Below, in pieces: positions 1-9,577 of a stretch of 38,352 bases of DNA. The stretch covers positions 1-38,352 of the IMG/VR virus record IMGVR_UViG_3300037440_000188; one strand, 5' to 3'. The translations under genes were made by a program, and so were the position numbers. The DNA is from a virus (taxonomy: Duplodnaviria > Caudoviricetes). Every line of letters starts with the position of its first letter. Positions within the stretch are counted from its first letter, which is position 1. The notes below the pieces were generated by a model. The model searched no databases. It was not told where the DNA came from and saw only the letters and a program-made list of their open reading frames with translations.

Positions 1-1
1 A

Positions 2-64
2 GAAGAGATATTACAGGCAATCCGAGAAGGTAACATAGAAAAGGACATGCCCGGACTCCAATAG
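2..64 (+). CDS. C-terminal end of capsid scaffolding protein (partial)
   Basis: Frame 2 reads EEILQAIREGNIEKDMPGLQ* (TAG 62-64), a scaffold-like C-terminal helix directly upstream of the capsid gene. The N-terminal part is at 37833-38352. Confidence 0.7.
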   Translation, partial: EEILQAIREGNIEKDMPGLQ

Positions 65-122
65 CCACAAACCAAAATACTAATACCTTAGATTTGAAAT
101 TTATTAGTAACTTAATTTATTG

Positions 123-145
123 GGGAGGTGAATAATTAAAATGGC
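123..145 (+). promoter_or_regulatory. Strong ribosome-binding site, 23 nt identical to that of the tail tube gene
   Basis: GGGAGGTGAATAATTAAAATGGC occurs here and at 15231-15253. Confidence 0.85.
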
Positions 146-1058
146 AGAAGATGTATTAAATAACACCACGAACGCGGTGTTTATTCCAACAATCATAGCA
201 CAAAAAGCTATACAAAGATTTCCTAGCTACTTAAACCTAGCTAGAACAGTTAGTAGAGATTCCGAGTGGACTACTGCAAAAGTTGGCGATAAAATCCAAG
301 TTCCTAAATTAGGAGCTGTTACCGCTAACGATAAGGTAGCCGGCGAGAATTTCACAAAGCAGAATCCAACCGGTACAAACGTAGAAGTAACTTTAGACAA
401 GCATAAAGAGGTAACTCTTACAATCGACGACGTTACTAAAGTATTAGAAAATCAAGATACGCAAATGAGATACGCAGAAGACGGCGCTATCGCACTTGCT
501 GAGGCTGTAGAAAGCGCTTTAGCTGGATTACACCCACAAATTGAAAACACTATTACTTTTGACAATACTAGCGACGCTACTAAAGACGCTTCTATTCTTG
601 GAGTAAGAAAATATTTTTCAGACCAAAAAGTTCCTAAACTAGAACAACGCTACGCTTACGTAGACGGTACTATGTTTAATGAAATGTTAGAGGTTGACAA
701 ATATACTAGATACGACGCAAGAGGAGAGGCCGGAGCAATTACAGAAGGACAAGTAATCAGAACTTACGGTATGGAATTTTGGGAAAGTCAAATGGTAGCA
801 CAATCCGGTTCACCGGTTGCATATCATAACTTAGCCTATACTAAAAATGCTTTAGTATTAGCAAGTAGACCTTTACCACAACCCGCACCCGGAACTGGCG
901 TACTATCCGGAATCATTAACGACCCTTCTATAGGTTTGTCTTTACGTACCTTATTTTGGTACAATGGAGATTTAGGCGCACACCAATTAACATTAGACTT
1001 GTTATTCGGTGTTCAAATAGTAGACCAAAGAAGAATCGTAGAAATAGAAAGTTTCTAA
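141..1058 (+). CDS. Major capsid protein (HK97 fold, P22 coat-like family)
   Basis: 305 aa after the scaffold, with a strong SD. Motifs FIPTIIA, KVGDKIQVP, VTLDKHK, G+YG+EFWES and LDLLFGV are typical of this MCP family. Confidence 0.92.
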   Translation: MAEDVLNNTTNAVFIPTIIAQKAIQRFPSYLNLARTVSRDSEWTTAKVGDKIQVPKLGAVTANDKVAGENFTKQNPTGTNVEVTLDKHKEVTLTIDDVTKVLENQDTQMRYAEDGAIALAEAVESALAGLHPQIENTITFDNTSDATKDASILGVRKYFSDQKVPKLEQRYAYVDGTMFNEMLEVDKYTRYDARGEAGAITEGQVIRTYGMEFWESQMVAQSGSPVAYHNLAYTKNALVLASRPLPQPAPGTGVLSGIINDPSIGLSLRTLFWYNGDLGAHQLTLDLLFGVQIVDQRRIVEIESF

Positions 1059-1119
1059 TTTTCTATTGCACATTAGACAGTAAGAAAAAAGCATTCAAAG
1101 TCTTAGGGCAGGAGGAACG

Positions 1120-1150
1120 GGGTATACTTTCGGGTATACCCTTTTCTATT
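1120..1150 (+). terminator. Intrinsic terminator after the capsid gene
   Basis: GGGTATACT-TTCG-GGTATACCC stem with a UUCG loop, followed by TTTTCTATT. Confidence 0.85.
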
Positions 1151-1183
1151 TACTAGACTGTACTACTAATGTAATATATTAAT
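1149..1183 (+). promoter_or_regulatory. Putative leaderless promoter of the glycosyltransferase operon
   Basis: TTTACT-17 nt-TAATAT, then 6 nt to ATG 1184. No SD. Confidence 0.55.
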
Positions 1184-2395
1184 ATGGCGCATATCCTAAA
1201 CCCGACCGGACGAATAATAGAAATAGACGACCCAAAAGAATATAAAAAATGGTTGGCTACTCCGGGATTTACAGCACCCACAAAAGCACAAATAGAAGAA
1301 TATACACAAAAAAGGTTAGCTTTAGTTCAAGAAATGGAGGAAGGACAGTTAAATAATACGGGCCTGAATAGTGTTTACTTGGCTACAGTATCACCGGGAG
1401 GGAAAGACGGTTATGGTATAGCAAGCGATAAAATATTAACTGGATTAAAACAAATGGGACTAGACGTTTCGAGAGAAAACAAAGGACAGCACGTGGGCCT
1501 TTTATTACATAATCCCTATTCAATAATGAGAATGGAAAACAGGTTAAGAATAATTTATACAATGTTCGAAAGTACTAAAATACCCGAAGAATGGGTAGAC
1601 TATTTAAAGGAAGCGGACAAAGTGATAGTACCTAGTAGATTTTGCCAACAGGCTTTTAAAAATGCAGGTGTTGAAAGTGTAGTAGTTCCTTTAGGTTATG
1701 ACGATTCAGTTTTTAAATATCAAGAAAGAATTAACAAAAGAAAGAAAAATAAAGACTTTGTATTTTTACACTATAACGCCTACAACATTAGAAAAGGATT
1801 TTTAGAAGTAGTTAAAGCTTTTACCGAGGAATTTGCTATAGACGAACCGGTAAAGTTAGTACTTAAAACAACACATAAAAACCCGCCCATACCCTTTCCG
1901 CCTACTGTATACCCTAATATTAAAGTAATAAAGGAAGCGTTAAGCGAAGCCAAATTAGTGGAGCTATTAAAAGAATCCGACGCATTTTTATTTCCTAGTA
2001 GGGGCGAAGGTTTTGGAATGACCCCACTAGAGGCAATGGCCACGGGATTACCCGCTATAGTACCTAACGCCCACGGTATTAGTGAATATTTTAACGAGAA
2101 CTACATGTATGAAGTTAAAGTAGGCGAAAAATGCCCGGCTATATACAGCAGATACAAAGACGTAGATACCGGGGAAATGGTGGTGTGCGACGTTAAACAT
2201 TTAAGACAGCAAATGCGCTATATTTATGAACACCAAGACGAAGCAATAGAAAAAGGTAAACTAGCTTCGGAATATGTTAAGAATTACACATTTACCGACA
2301 CCGCTAAAAAATTAAAGGGTGTTATAGACGATTTAGTAAAGAATCCACCCAAGGAAAGAGCTTTAAACAATGTATTAACTTTAGAACAAGTTTAG
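1184..2395 (+). CDS. GT-B (GT4-like) glycosyltransferase with an extra N-terminal ~60 aa domain
   Basis: RKG motif and FLFPSRGEGFGMTPLEAMATGLP (E-x7-E signature). Confidence 0.92.
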   Translation: MAHILNPTGRIIEIDDPKEYKKWLATPGFTAPTKAQIEEYTQKRLALVQEMEEGQLNNTGLNSVYLATVSPGGKDGYGIASDKILTGLKQMGLDVSRENKGQHVGLLLHNPYSIMRMENRLRIIYTMFESTKIPEEWVDYLKEADKVIVPSRFCQQAFKNAGVESVVVPLGYDDSVFKYQERINKRKKNKDFVFLHYNAYNIRKGFLEVVKAFTEEFAIDEPVKLVLKTTHKNPPIPFPPTVYPNIKVIKEALSEAKLVELLKESDAFLFPSRGEGFGMTPLEAMATGLPAIVPNAHGISEYFNENYMYEVKVGEKCPAIYSRYKDVDTGEMVVCDVKHLRQQMRYIYEHQDEAIEKGKLASEYVKNYTFTDTAKKLKGVIDDLVKNPPKERALNNVLTLEQV

Positions 2396-2408
2396 GAGGT
2401 GGTAAGAA

Positions 2409-2582
2409 ATGGCTAGAAAAGAGAAAAAAGCGGAATTAAAATTTCAATATAAATGCAGTAAATGCGGGAATGTTGCAATAAAGACTAGTAACAAAATGAC
2501 CGGTGTATTAATTAATTGTATTAGTTGCGATAGGCTTATACGTTTAGATAACGAAAGTAATTACAGTAAGATAAAAAAATAA
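2409..2582 (+). CDS. Small Zn-ribbon protein, 57 aa (absent from the ORF track)
   Basis: AGGAGGT SD. MARKEKK...CSKC...CISC...KIKK*. Fills the gap between two GT genes. Confidence 0.8.
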   Translation: MARKEKKAELKFQYKCSKCGNVAIKTSNKMTGVLINCISCDRLIRLDNESNYSKIKK

Positions 2583-2585
2583 ACT

Positions 2586-3713
2586 ATGAAAGTTAAGTAT
2601 ATAGGACCGGCTAAAGATTATTCCGGCTACGGCGAAGCAAATAGACATGATATAGCTAGTTTAATGGAAGCAGGGGTAGAAACTACGGCAGAGATACCCC
2701 GCTATACACAAGAACCGGCCGACTTCGGTAGAATAGGGCAATTAGTTGAATCTATAGAGGGTAGACCCTTAGACTATAAGGCCATAATTATTCATACTAC
2801 CCCGAATGTGTATAAACAACACCTAGAACCCGGTATTTACAGTATAGGGCGCGTTTTTTGGGAAACTGATAAGTTACCCCCAGATTTTGCGCAACCTTTA
2901 CAGTATGTGGACGAAATATGGACCGGTTCAGTATTTAATAAAGAAGCCATAGAAAACGCGGGAGTTATTAACAAGCCTATACATATAATTCCGGAAGCAA
3001 TAGACACCGAAATAGATGTAGAAAGCTTTAAACCTTATAAAACACCTAATGAAAAAGATTACAAATTCTATTCTATTTTTGAATGGACCGAACGTAAAAA
3101 CCCTAAAGCATTATTAGAAGCTTTTTGGCGTGAATTTGAAAATACCGAGGGCGTAAGTTTAACTTTAAAAACATACGTAGATAATTTTAGACCCGTTAAA
3201 CAACAAGAAATACACAAGGATATTAATATTTTAAAAGCCAAACTAGGCTTAAAGAGATATGCACCCGTTTATTTATATAAAAACTTAATGGATAGGCACC
3301 AAATTTATAGGTTCCACGCTACTTTTAATTGTTTCGTAAGCGCACACCGTGGCGAAGGTTGGGGAATACCCCAAATGGAAGCGTTACTAATGGGAAAACC
3401 TGTTATATCTACCAATTTAGGCGGAATACATGAGTATTTAACACATAAAAGAAGCGCCTATTTATGCGATTTTAATTTAGTTCCACTATCCGGAAACACC
3501 CGGAACCAACAATGGTATAGACAGGACCAGAAATGGGGCGAAGTCAATTTAGAGCAACTAAGAGAAAATATGCGCTATGTATTTGAAAATCAAGCAAAAG
3601 CCAAAGAGGTAGGATTAAAAGGCCAAGATTTAGTTAAGAGAAGTTTTAGTTTAAAGACAGTAGGTAATTTAATGAAAAACAGACTTAATCAAATTTCGGA
3701 GGGGAAAATATGA
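2586..3713 (+). CDS. GT-B (GT4-like) glycosyltransferase, apparent paralogue of 1184-2395
   Basis: SGYG, WET, ERKN and HRGEGWGIPQMEALLMGKPVI motifs. Confidence 0.92.
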   Translation: MKVKYIGPAKDYSGYGEANRHDIASLMEAGVETTAEIPRYTQEPADFGRIGQLVESIEGRPLDYKAIIIHTTPNVYKQHLEPGIYSIGRVFWETDKLPPDFAQPLQYVDEIWTGSVFNKEAIENAGVINKPIHIIPEAIDTEIDVESFKPYKTPNEKDYKFYSIFEWTERKNPKALLEAFWREFENTEGVSLTLKTYVDNFRPVKQQEIHKDINILKAKLGLKRYAPVYLYKNLMDRHQIYRFHATFNCFVSAHRGEGWGIPQMEALLMGKPVISTNLGGIHEYLTHKRSAYLCDFNLVPLSGNTRNQQWYRQDQKWGEVNLEQLRENMRYVFENQAKAKEVGLKGQDLVKRSFSLKTVGNLMKNRLNQISEGKI

Positions 3714-4705
3714 GAATATTATACTTATCTTGCCATAGCATACTAGAATATGACGAATTAAAAATAATTGAAGAATTAGGAATAGAATACTTTAGTTTAG
3801 GTTCCTACTTGGACCCACAAAAACCCGTAGACGACATTAGACCCGCATTAGGACAAGCTAGAATAGAGGAATTTTATAGCAACGCGCCCGATAGAAACAA
3901 TATACCAAAGGAATTCTTCGACAAGTTCGACACTATAATAGTAATGCATGTTCCGGAATGGATAGAAAAGAATTGGGAAAAAATGAAGCATAAACGCGTT
4001 ATATGGAGAACGATAGGCCAATCAACCACAGCAGTAGAAAAGAGGTTAGAACCATTTAGAGCGGAAGGACTAGAGGTTTTAAGATATTCACCAAGAGAAG
4101 CAAATATAGAAGGAAATATAGGAGCCGACGCAGTAATACGCTTTTATAAAGACCCCGAAGAATTTAAAGACTATACCGGAGTTGAAAAAGTAGCAATAAA
4201 CTTTACTCAAAATATGAAGAATAGAGCCGAGTTTTGTAGTTATGACGCTTTCATGGACGTAGCGAGTAAAGTAGAGAAAGTTAGAGTTTATGGCCCTAAT
4301 AATGAAAACTTGGGGAAAATGAATGGCGGATTTTTAACATACCAAGAAATGCGCCAAGCAATGCGCGACGCTAGAGTTTATATTTATACAGGAACACAAC
4401 CCGCAAGTTATACACTTAATTTTATAGAGGCAATGATGACCGGAATACCCGTGGTAGCTTTCGGGGACAAGTTCGCAAATAGTATGCGTATCGCCGGCGA
4501 TACTTACGAAATTCCGGATATTATCCAAAATGGATTTAGTGGCTATTTTTCAGACGATAAAGAAACTATTATTAAATGTATCAATCACTTACTAAACAAC
4601 CCTAAACTAGCTAAAAGAATAGGCGCAGTAGGAAGGGCTAGAGCTATAGAACTGTTTGGAAAAGAAAAAATTAAAGAAGAATGGAAAACATATTTAAAAG
4701 TATAA
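3710..4705 (+). CDS. GT-B glycosyltransferase
   Basis: SYTLNFIEAMMTGIPVV, IIQNGFSGY and a C-terminal GRARAIELF helix. Confidence 0.85.
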   Translation: MRILYLSCHSILEYDELKIIEELGIEYFSLGSYLDPQKPVDDIRPALGQARIEEFYSNAPDRNNIPKEFFDKFDTIIVMHVPEWIEKNWEKMKHKRVIWRTIGQSTTAVEKRLEPFRAEGLEVLRYSPREANIEGNIGADAVIRFYKDPEEFKDYTGVEKVAINFTQNMKNRAEFCSYDAFMDVASKVEKVRVYGPNNENLGKMNGGFLTYQEMRQAMRDARVYIYTGTQPASYTLNFIEAMMTGIPVVAFGDKFANSMRIAGDTYEIPDIIQNGFSGYFSDDKETIIKCINHLLNNPKLAKRIGAVGRARAIELFGKEKIKEEWKTYLKV

Positions 4706-5358
4706 CCGAAAGATTGGTAAGTTTAGACCCTAGTTTAGTCATTCATAACGAAGGTTCTTGGAGCGGTACGACTTCACACTACAGCGCTTTTAATGACGCG
4801 GGGGTAGAATGTGAGGTAGGCGAGTTCCTTTATGCACTTACGCGCTTAATCAAGCCTAATAATGTTTTAGAAACTGGAACGCATAAAGGTATAGGGGCTA
4901 GTTATATAGGTATGGGATTACAGGATAACGGATTTGGTAAATTGGATACTATCGAATTCTTAGAGCCTAATTTTAAGGAGGCCGTAGCTAGAATAATAAA
5001 ACTAGGTTTAAAGGATAAAGTACAATGCCATTTTGGAGATGTAAAAGAGTTTAGGGCGCCAACTAATTACCAATTAATATTACTTGATACCGAACCACAA
5101 ACCCGATTTGCCGAATTAGTAAAATTTTACCCAAAATTAGATGAGGGCGGTTTTATATTTATTCATGACTTACATAGACACATGGGACAAACACCAAATT
5201 CGGAGCATGGTTTTGCTTGGCCGTGGGGATTGGTAGATAAAAATATGCAAAGGTGGGTAAGACAGTCCAAGTTACGACCGTTTCACTTTAGCACCCCTAG
5301 AGGACTTACCGGTTTTTATAAAGTTCATTCGGAGGATTACCCATGGGCAAGAGATTAG
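4681..5358 (+). CDS. Class I SAM-dependent methyltransferase (Methyltransf_24-like, probable O-methyltransferase)
   Basis: KPNNVLETGTHKG motif I, LILLD and GGFIFIHD. Confidence 0.88.
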   Translation: MENIFKSITERLVSLDPSLVIHNEGSWSGTTSHYSAFNDAGVECEVGEFLYALTRLIKPNNVLETGTHKGIGASYIGMGLQDNGFGKLDTIEFLEPNFKEAVARIIKLGLKDKVQCHFGDVKEFRAPTNYQLILLDTEPQTRFAELVKFYPKLDEGGFIFIHDLHRHMGQTPNSEHGFAWPWGLVDKNMQRWVRQSKLRPFHFSTPRGLTGFYKVHSEDYPWARD

Positions 5359-5858
5359 AAAATCAGATATATGGAGTAGACGAAATTACTAGTTTATTGG
5401 ATATATTAAGAAGATACCCCATTAAAAATATTTTAGAAATAGGGGTAGGAAGCGGTAGTAGGTTAGCTAAGTGGGTAGAAATGTTCGAACCGGAATTAGT
5501 TGTAGGATTAGACGGCGATTGTAGCAAATTAGACGTTAATTTAATTACTAGATTATCCAATACCGTTGTGATACCTTTTGAACCTACTAGTATGGAAGGG
5601 TTTAGCGGAGCTAGGAGGTTTTTAAGTGAAGTAGGTATAGACTTACTTTATATAGACGGCGAACGGACCTACGAAGAACTAGACGGCCTATTTAGGATAT
5701 ACGAACCAATGGTAAACAACGGCGGAATTATAGTTTTTGATAATGATTTAAACTTGAATGGTGACAGTAGCAATTTTTGGTATGATATACCCCAAAGTAA
5801 CCACTATAGGAGTATAAGCTATAACCATGGCGACGGTACCGGAGTATTTATAAAATGA
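5343..5858 (+). CDS. Class I SAM-dependent methyltransferase (Methyltransf_24-like)
   Basis: ILEIGVGSG, IDLLYIDG and GGIIVFD motifs. Confidence 0.85.
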   Translation: MGKRLENQIYGVDEITSLLDILRRYPIKNILEIGVGSGSRLAKWVEMFEPELVVGLDGDCSKLDVNLITRLSNTVVIPFEPTSMEGFSGARRFLSEVGIDLLYIDGERTYEELDGLFRIYEPMVNNGGIIVFDNDLNLNGDSSNFWYDIPQSNHYRSISYNHGDGTGVFIK

Positions 5859-6913
5859 GTAGAGCCGTAATTTTACCAACACCGGGCGACCCTTTTTTAT
5901 TGAATTATTGGTTAAAATATTTCGATAAAGTATGGAGTGACGAAATAGACACACTTTATATCTATCTAAATACCCCTATTGAGAAAGAAGCATACGAATT
6001 TATGCGGGACTTATGTAATGAAAGAAAAAAGGTTAATTTACTTTATGAACCCAACCAGATAGACCATGGCGTTTGTATAGATAGAACCTTAGACATTGTA
6101 AAAGAAGATTACGTAATGTTATTAGAAGATGATTGTTTTATATTACAAAAAGGAAATATAGAAAAATGCTTTAAGCAGTTAGAAAATGGGGAATGCGATA
6201 TAGTAGCAAGTAAGCGCGGTAGCTGTTCAACCGAAATATTAGAACGTGCTAAAGAACTATGGAATATTGATTATTCCGGATACGGGGACCACGGCTGTAA
6301 TTTTTGGCCTAATTTATTTTTTACCCACAAAGAAAACCTATTAAATACAGACCGTAATTTTAGCGCTAGAAAGTGGCTTAAAGGAATGGAAATAAAAGAA
6401 TTGGGTAATTTTATAGCGCCGGTTGACTTATACGGTGATACTTTCGTAAATACCAGTTTACAGCTAAGGCACAAAGGATTAACAATTAGATATATACCCC
6501 AATGCCACGGACACCCCGACGATATTAACCATTACGAATCAAAAACCTATTTATTCGCAAATAATTCCGTGCCTTGGTTCCACGTTGGAAGTTTAAGTAG
6601 CGGAATTTGCGGAATATTAACAGACGATAAAGGCCGTTCTTTATATAGAAGGTTACTAGACCCCGAAAGAGATAGCGATACATTACCTAGCTACTGTAAT
6701 ACCGAAATGGAACGAATGGAGTTCGAACGTAGGGTCCAATGGTTCGAAACATTCTACGAAAATGTAGAAGAAAAACAAATAGATAAATATAAGTTATGGG
6801 ATTTACACGAACTTTATGGTTTAGCAATCGAACGGGTAAAAGTACAATATAAACTAAATAGAAAACGAATTATGAAACGTAAAAGAATTTATAAGGAAAT
6901 AGGAGCAATATAA
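5855..6913 (+). CDS. GT-A fold glycosyltransferase-like protein
   Basis: N-terminal AVILP strand, DHG helix and YVMLLEDDCFI (DxD-like) motif. Cluster context. Confidence 0.72.
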   Translation: MSRAVILPTPGDPFLLNYWLKYFDKVWSDEIDTLYIYLNTPIEKEAYEFMRDLCNERKKVNLLYEPNQIDHGVCIDRTLDIVKEDYVMLLEDDCFILQKGNIEKCFKQLENGECDIVASKRGSCSTEILERAKELWNIDYSGYGDHGCNFWPNLFFTHKENLLNTDRNFSARKWLKGMEIKELGNFIAPVDLYGDTFVNTSLQLRHKGLTIRYIPQCHGHPDDINHYESKTYLFANNSVPWFHVGSLSSGICGILTDDKGRSLYRRLLDPERDSDTLPSYCNTEMERMEFERRVQWFETFYENVEEKQIDKYKLWDLHELYGLAIERVKVQYKLNRKRIMKRKRIYKEIGAI

Positions 6914-6915
6914 TT

Positions 6916-7647
6916 ATGTTTAAACCGGATTTAATAATAACTTGGCCTAGAAATACCGACTATCCATTATGGCGGGAATTTATTAGGAATAATAGAACTA
7001 GATTTAACAATGTAATAATTGTCTTTATGAATCCCAACACCGGAACAGACTATAGGGAGTTTATAAGGAAAGTAATGTTTAAAGATTTTGTTTTATTCGT
7101 AGATTCACCGGAACCAAAAACCGGGGAGGATTGGAGAAATATAGCAGTTCATGCCGGACTTTTTCATAGCTTACATTCCGAATGGTTATGGTTTACCGAG
7201 CAAGATTTTTTACCAATTGAAACAGACGACGAACGGGATTTTTGGAGCGAAGTAGAACACGGGGTAAACGAAGGAAATTCGGTAATAGGAGTTAAGGACC
7301 AAACTAGATTGCACCCCTGTAGTTTATTTATTAAACGAGAAGCTTTAAATATTACTTGCAAAGACTTTGGGATAGTACCGAATAAATTAGACCATTTTGG
7401 ACTGATTCAACGTGATATAGAAATAACCAAATTACCCACTTTTATAGTTAACGAAAGATACTATTATCACATGAACGGATTAAGTCACAATTTTAGATTA
7501 GTAGCGGAAGGTTTAGAACCAAATTACGAGGTAAGAAAATTCCGAAAGTACATGGAGGATTGTTTAAAAGTTAAAGTACCTTTAGACGATAGATTTAAGA
7601 ACTTAGCTAGCTATTATCTAGCTAATAACATAGAAAAATTAGATTAG
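6916..7647 (+). CDS. GT-A fold glycosyltransferase-like protein
   Basis: WLWFTEQDFL at the DxD position, HPCSLFIKRE and YYHMNGLS parallel the preceding protein. Confidence 0.62.
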   Translation: MFKPDLIITWPRNTDYPLWREFIRNNRTRFNNVIIVFMNPNTGTDYREFIRKVMFKDFVLFVDSPEPKTGEDWRNIAVHAGLFHSLHSEWLWFTEQDFLPIETDDERDFWSEVEHGVNEGNSVIGVKDQTRLHPCSLFIKREALNITCKDFGIVPNKLDHFGLIQRDIEITKLPTFIVNERYYYHMNGLSHNFRLVAEGLEPNYEVRKFRKYMEDCLKVKVPLDDRFKNLASYYLANNIEKLD

Positions 7648-7696
7648 CACATTACAAGTAAACCCCTCTCGAAAACACAATTTACGACCTTTCGTG

Positions 7697-7780
7697 CGGA
7701 GTAGGGGAGTAGCAAAAAGGCCTTACTAAAGGATTTTGCAAAAAAATATTAATTTACATACCGGAGTAGGGGAGTAGGGG
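7697..7780. repeat. 16 bp G-rich direct repeat pair
   Basis: CGGAGTAGGGGAGTAG at 7697-7712 and 7762-7777. Confidence 0.85.
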
Positions 7781-7833
7781 ATATAACTAACAATATACTT
7801 ATTAGTTATACACAATTACTATATAATAATACT

Positions 7834-8970
7834 ATGAACAATCCTAGGGTTTTAACAGACTTTCACCATGCGGGTTTATTAAATTCCTTAATTTTACTTT
7901 TTGAAAATAGACTATGCGGACAAGTTTTTAGGCCTATCGGTATGGAATGGGCGGACGAAGGTTTTTGGAATGTTTACGACCACCCCGCAACACGGGAACA
8001 GTATTTAGGAATAGGGGCAAATACACCCGACGGGACCCAACCACTTAATAAAGTTTTAGAAGACGCGTGGTTAACCAACGAATCCGGATTTTCTATTAAA
8101 ACTTATAAATGCCAAGATATAGACAGCGGAAAATATAATCGTGCTATAACTTTAACCGGTTTTTTAAATATGCCGTTTGATATAGTTATAGCAAGTGTAC
8201 CCCAACACGTAGAACCCTTTAAAAGATTATGCGGATTACACCCCAATAAACCAAAACTAATCTTTCAAATTGGAAACGCTTGGACGGTGGAAGCAGGATT
8301 AGCGCCCAACATTTTGGCTAGTGCTGTAATAGACAACGTACCGGAAAATATAAACTTCTTAACGTATCACCAAGAATTTGACTTAAATATTTTTAAACCA
8401 ATAATACCTAGCGACCCAAGTATTTATTTAGTAGAGGATTACGCAGACAATGGGGACACGCTACAACCTTGTAAAAATATTTATAGCTTTGTTAATTGTT
8501 TTAATATTTCGGGACACTTTGAAAAGGATTGGAAGTTATTTAACAAAATAGAGAAGCTAATGCCGAATTGGAATTTTAAAAGTTACGGCGGACAATGTAG
8601 GGACGGTTCTAAAAATGGAAATGAAGAGGTAGCAAATGCAATGAAAGAGGCTAAATTTATATGGCACACCAAAAACGGTGGCGACGGATACGGCCACGTT
8701 ATATTTAATTCCGGAGCAGTTGGAAGGCCCTTAATTACTAAGAAAGAATATTATAAAGGTAAATTAGGGGAAAAATTAATGGTAGACGGTGAAACTTGTA
8801 TAGCTATAGATGATTTAAACCCACAACAAATAATAGACAAAATAGAATACTTTAGCGAGCCGGAAAGATATAAAACAATGTGTAATAATGTATATGTTAA
8901 TTTCCGCATGCATGTGGATTTCGATAAGGAAGCTAAACTAGTAAAAGAGTTTCTAAATAAACTAAAATAA
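7834..8970 (+). CDS. GT-B fold glycosyltransferase-like protein
   Basis: WHTKNGGDGYGHVIFNSGAVGRPLI in the donor-binding position and DGETCI. TATAAT lies 6 nt before the ATG. Confidence 0.72.
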   Translation: MNNPRVLTDFHHAGLLNSLILLFENRLCGQVFRPIGMEWADEGFWNVYDHPATREQYLGIGANTPDGTQPLNKVLEDAWLTNESGFSIKTYKCQDIDSGKYNRAITLTGFLNMPFDIVIASVPQHVEPFKRLCGLHPNKPKLIFQIGNAWTVEAGLAPNILASAVIDNVPENINFLTYHQEFDLNIFKPIIPSDPSIYLVEDYADNGDTLQPCKNIYSFVNCFNISGHFEKDWKLFNKIEKLMPNWNFKSYGGQCRDGSKNGNEEVANAMKEAKFIWHTKNGGDGYGHVIFNSGAVGRPLITKKEYYKGKLGEKLMVDGETCIAIDDLNPQQIIDKIEYFSEPERYKTMCNNVYVNFRMHVDFDKEAKLVKEFLNKLK

Positions 8971-9009
8971 GTATTGTAAATTGCTAATTTGTGTTAGAAT
9001 AAAATTAAT

Positions 9010-9576
9010 ATGGCAACCTATACATGGACATTACAAGGAACTACACCGACTACTATTGAGGCGACCGACATTATACAATTTGCCGGAGCAACTTTTGATA
9101 GTGCTATAACGGTTGGTTCTTATAATGATTCTACACACGTGGAAAGTTCAGTAGGCGCCGACGATTCAAACGCAAATACCCCAAATAACAATAAATTTAT
9201 TTCCGCAAGTGGTGGAACAGGTGGCGACGGGCAAGGAGATTGGGGCGACGGTACCGAAGACATAGACGCAATAGTAGACGCGGAATGTGCTTTAAAAATA
9301 AACTTTTCACACGGTAGCGCCGTGGCTGTATCCGCACACACTTTCTATGCTTATGACGGTTCGACTACTACCGCAGTACCTACAGGGGTTACTTTTTATT
9401 GTGCCGAACAGGGAGACACTAACTGGACCAACGCAGAAGGTAGCGCAAGCGCCTTAACTATTACAGACAGCGCAAGCGCAACAAGCCACGATTTTTATAT
9501 ACTTATTTCCGCTTCGCCGGAATCAGTAGGAGAAAAAACAGATTTTAAATTACGAAGTGAATTAACATACTCTTAA
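9010..9576 (+). CDS. Acidic Thr/Ser/Gly/Ala-rich beta protein, probably virion-associated
   Basis: Composition and position in the head module. Extended -10 TGTTAGAAT upstream. Confidence 0.6.
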   Translation: MATYTWTLQGTTPTTIEATDIIQFAGATFDSAITVGSYNDSTHVESSVGADDSNANTPNNNKFISASGGTGGDGQGDWGDGTEDIDAIVDAECALKINFSHGSAVAVSAHTFYAYDGSTTTAVPTGVTFYCAEQGDTNWTNAEGSASALTITDSASATSHDFYILISASPESVGEKTDFKLRSELTYS

Positions 9577-9577
9577 T

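Noticed and set aside
956-1156. 66 aa ORF overlapping the capsid gene end
   Set aside because: Overlaps the capsid gene out of frame, runs through the terminator, and has no start signal.
1184-8970. T4-like DNA glucosylation or Gtr-type serotype conversion as the primary interpretation
   Set aside because: No hydroxymethylase, TET/JBP or own polymerase, and no membrane flippase or GT-C components. Disfavoured rather than excluded.
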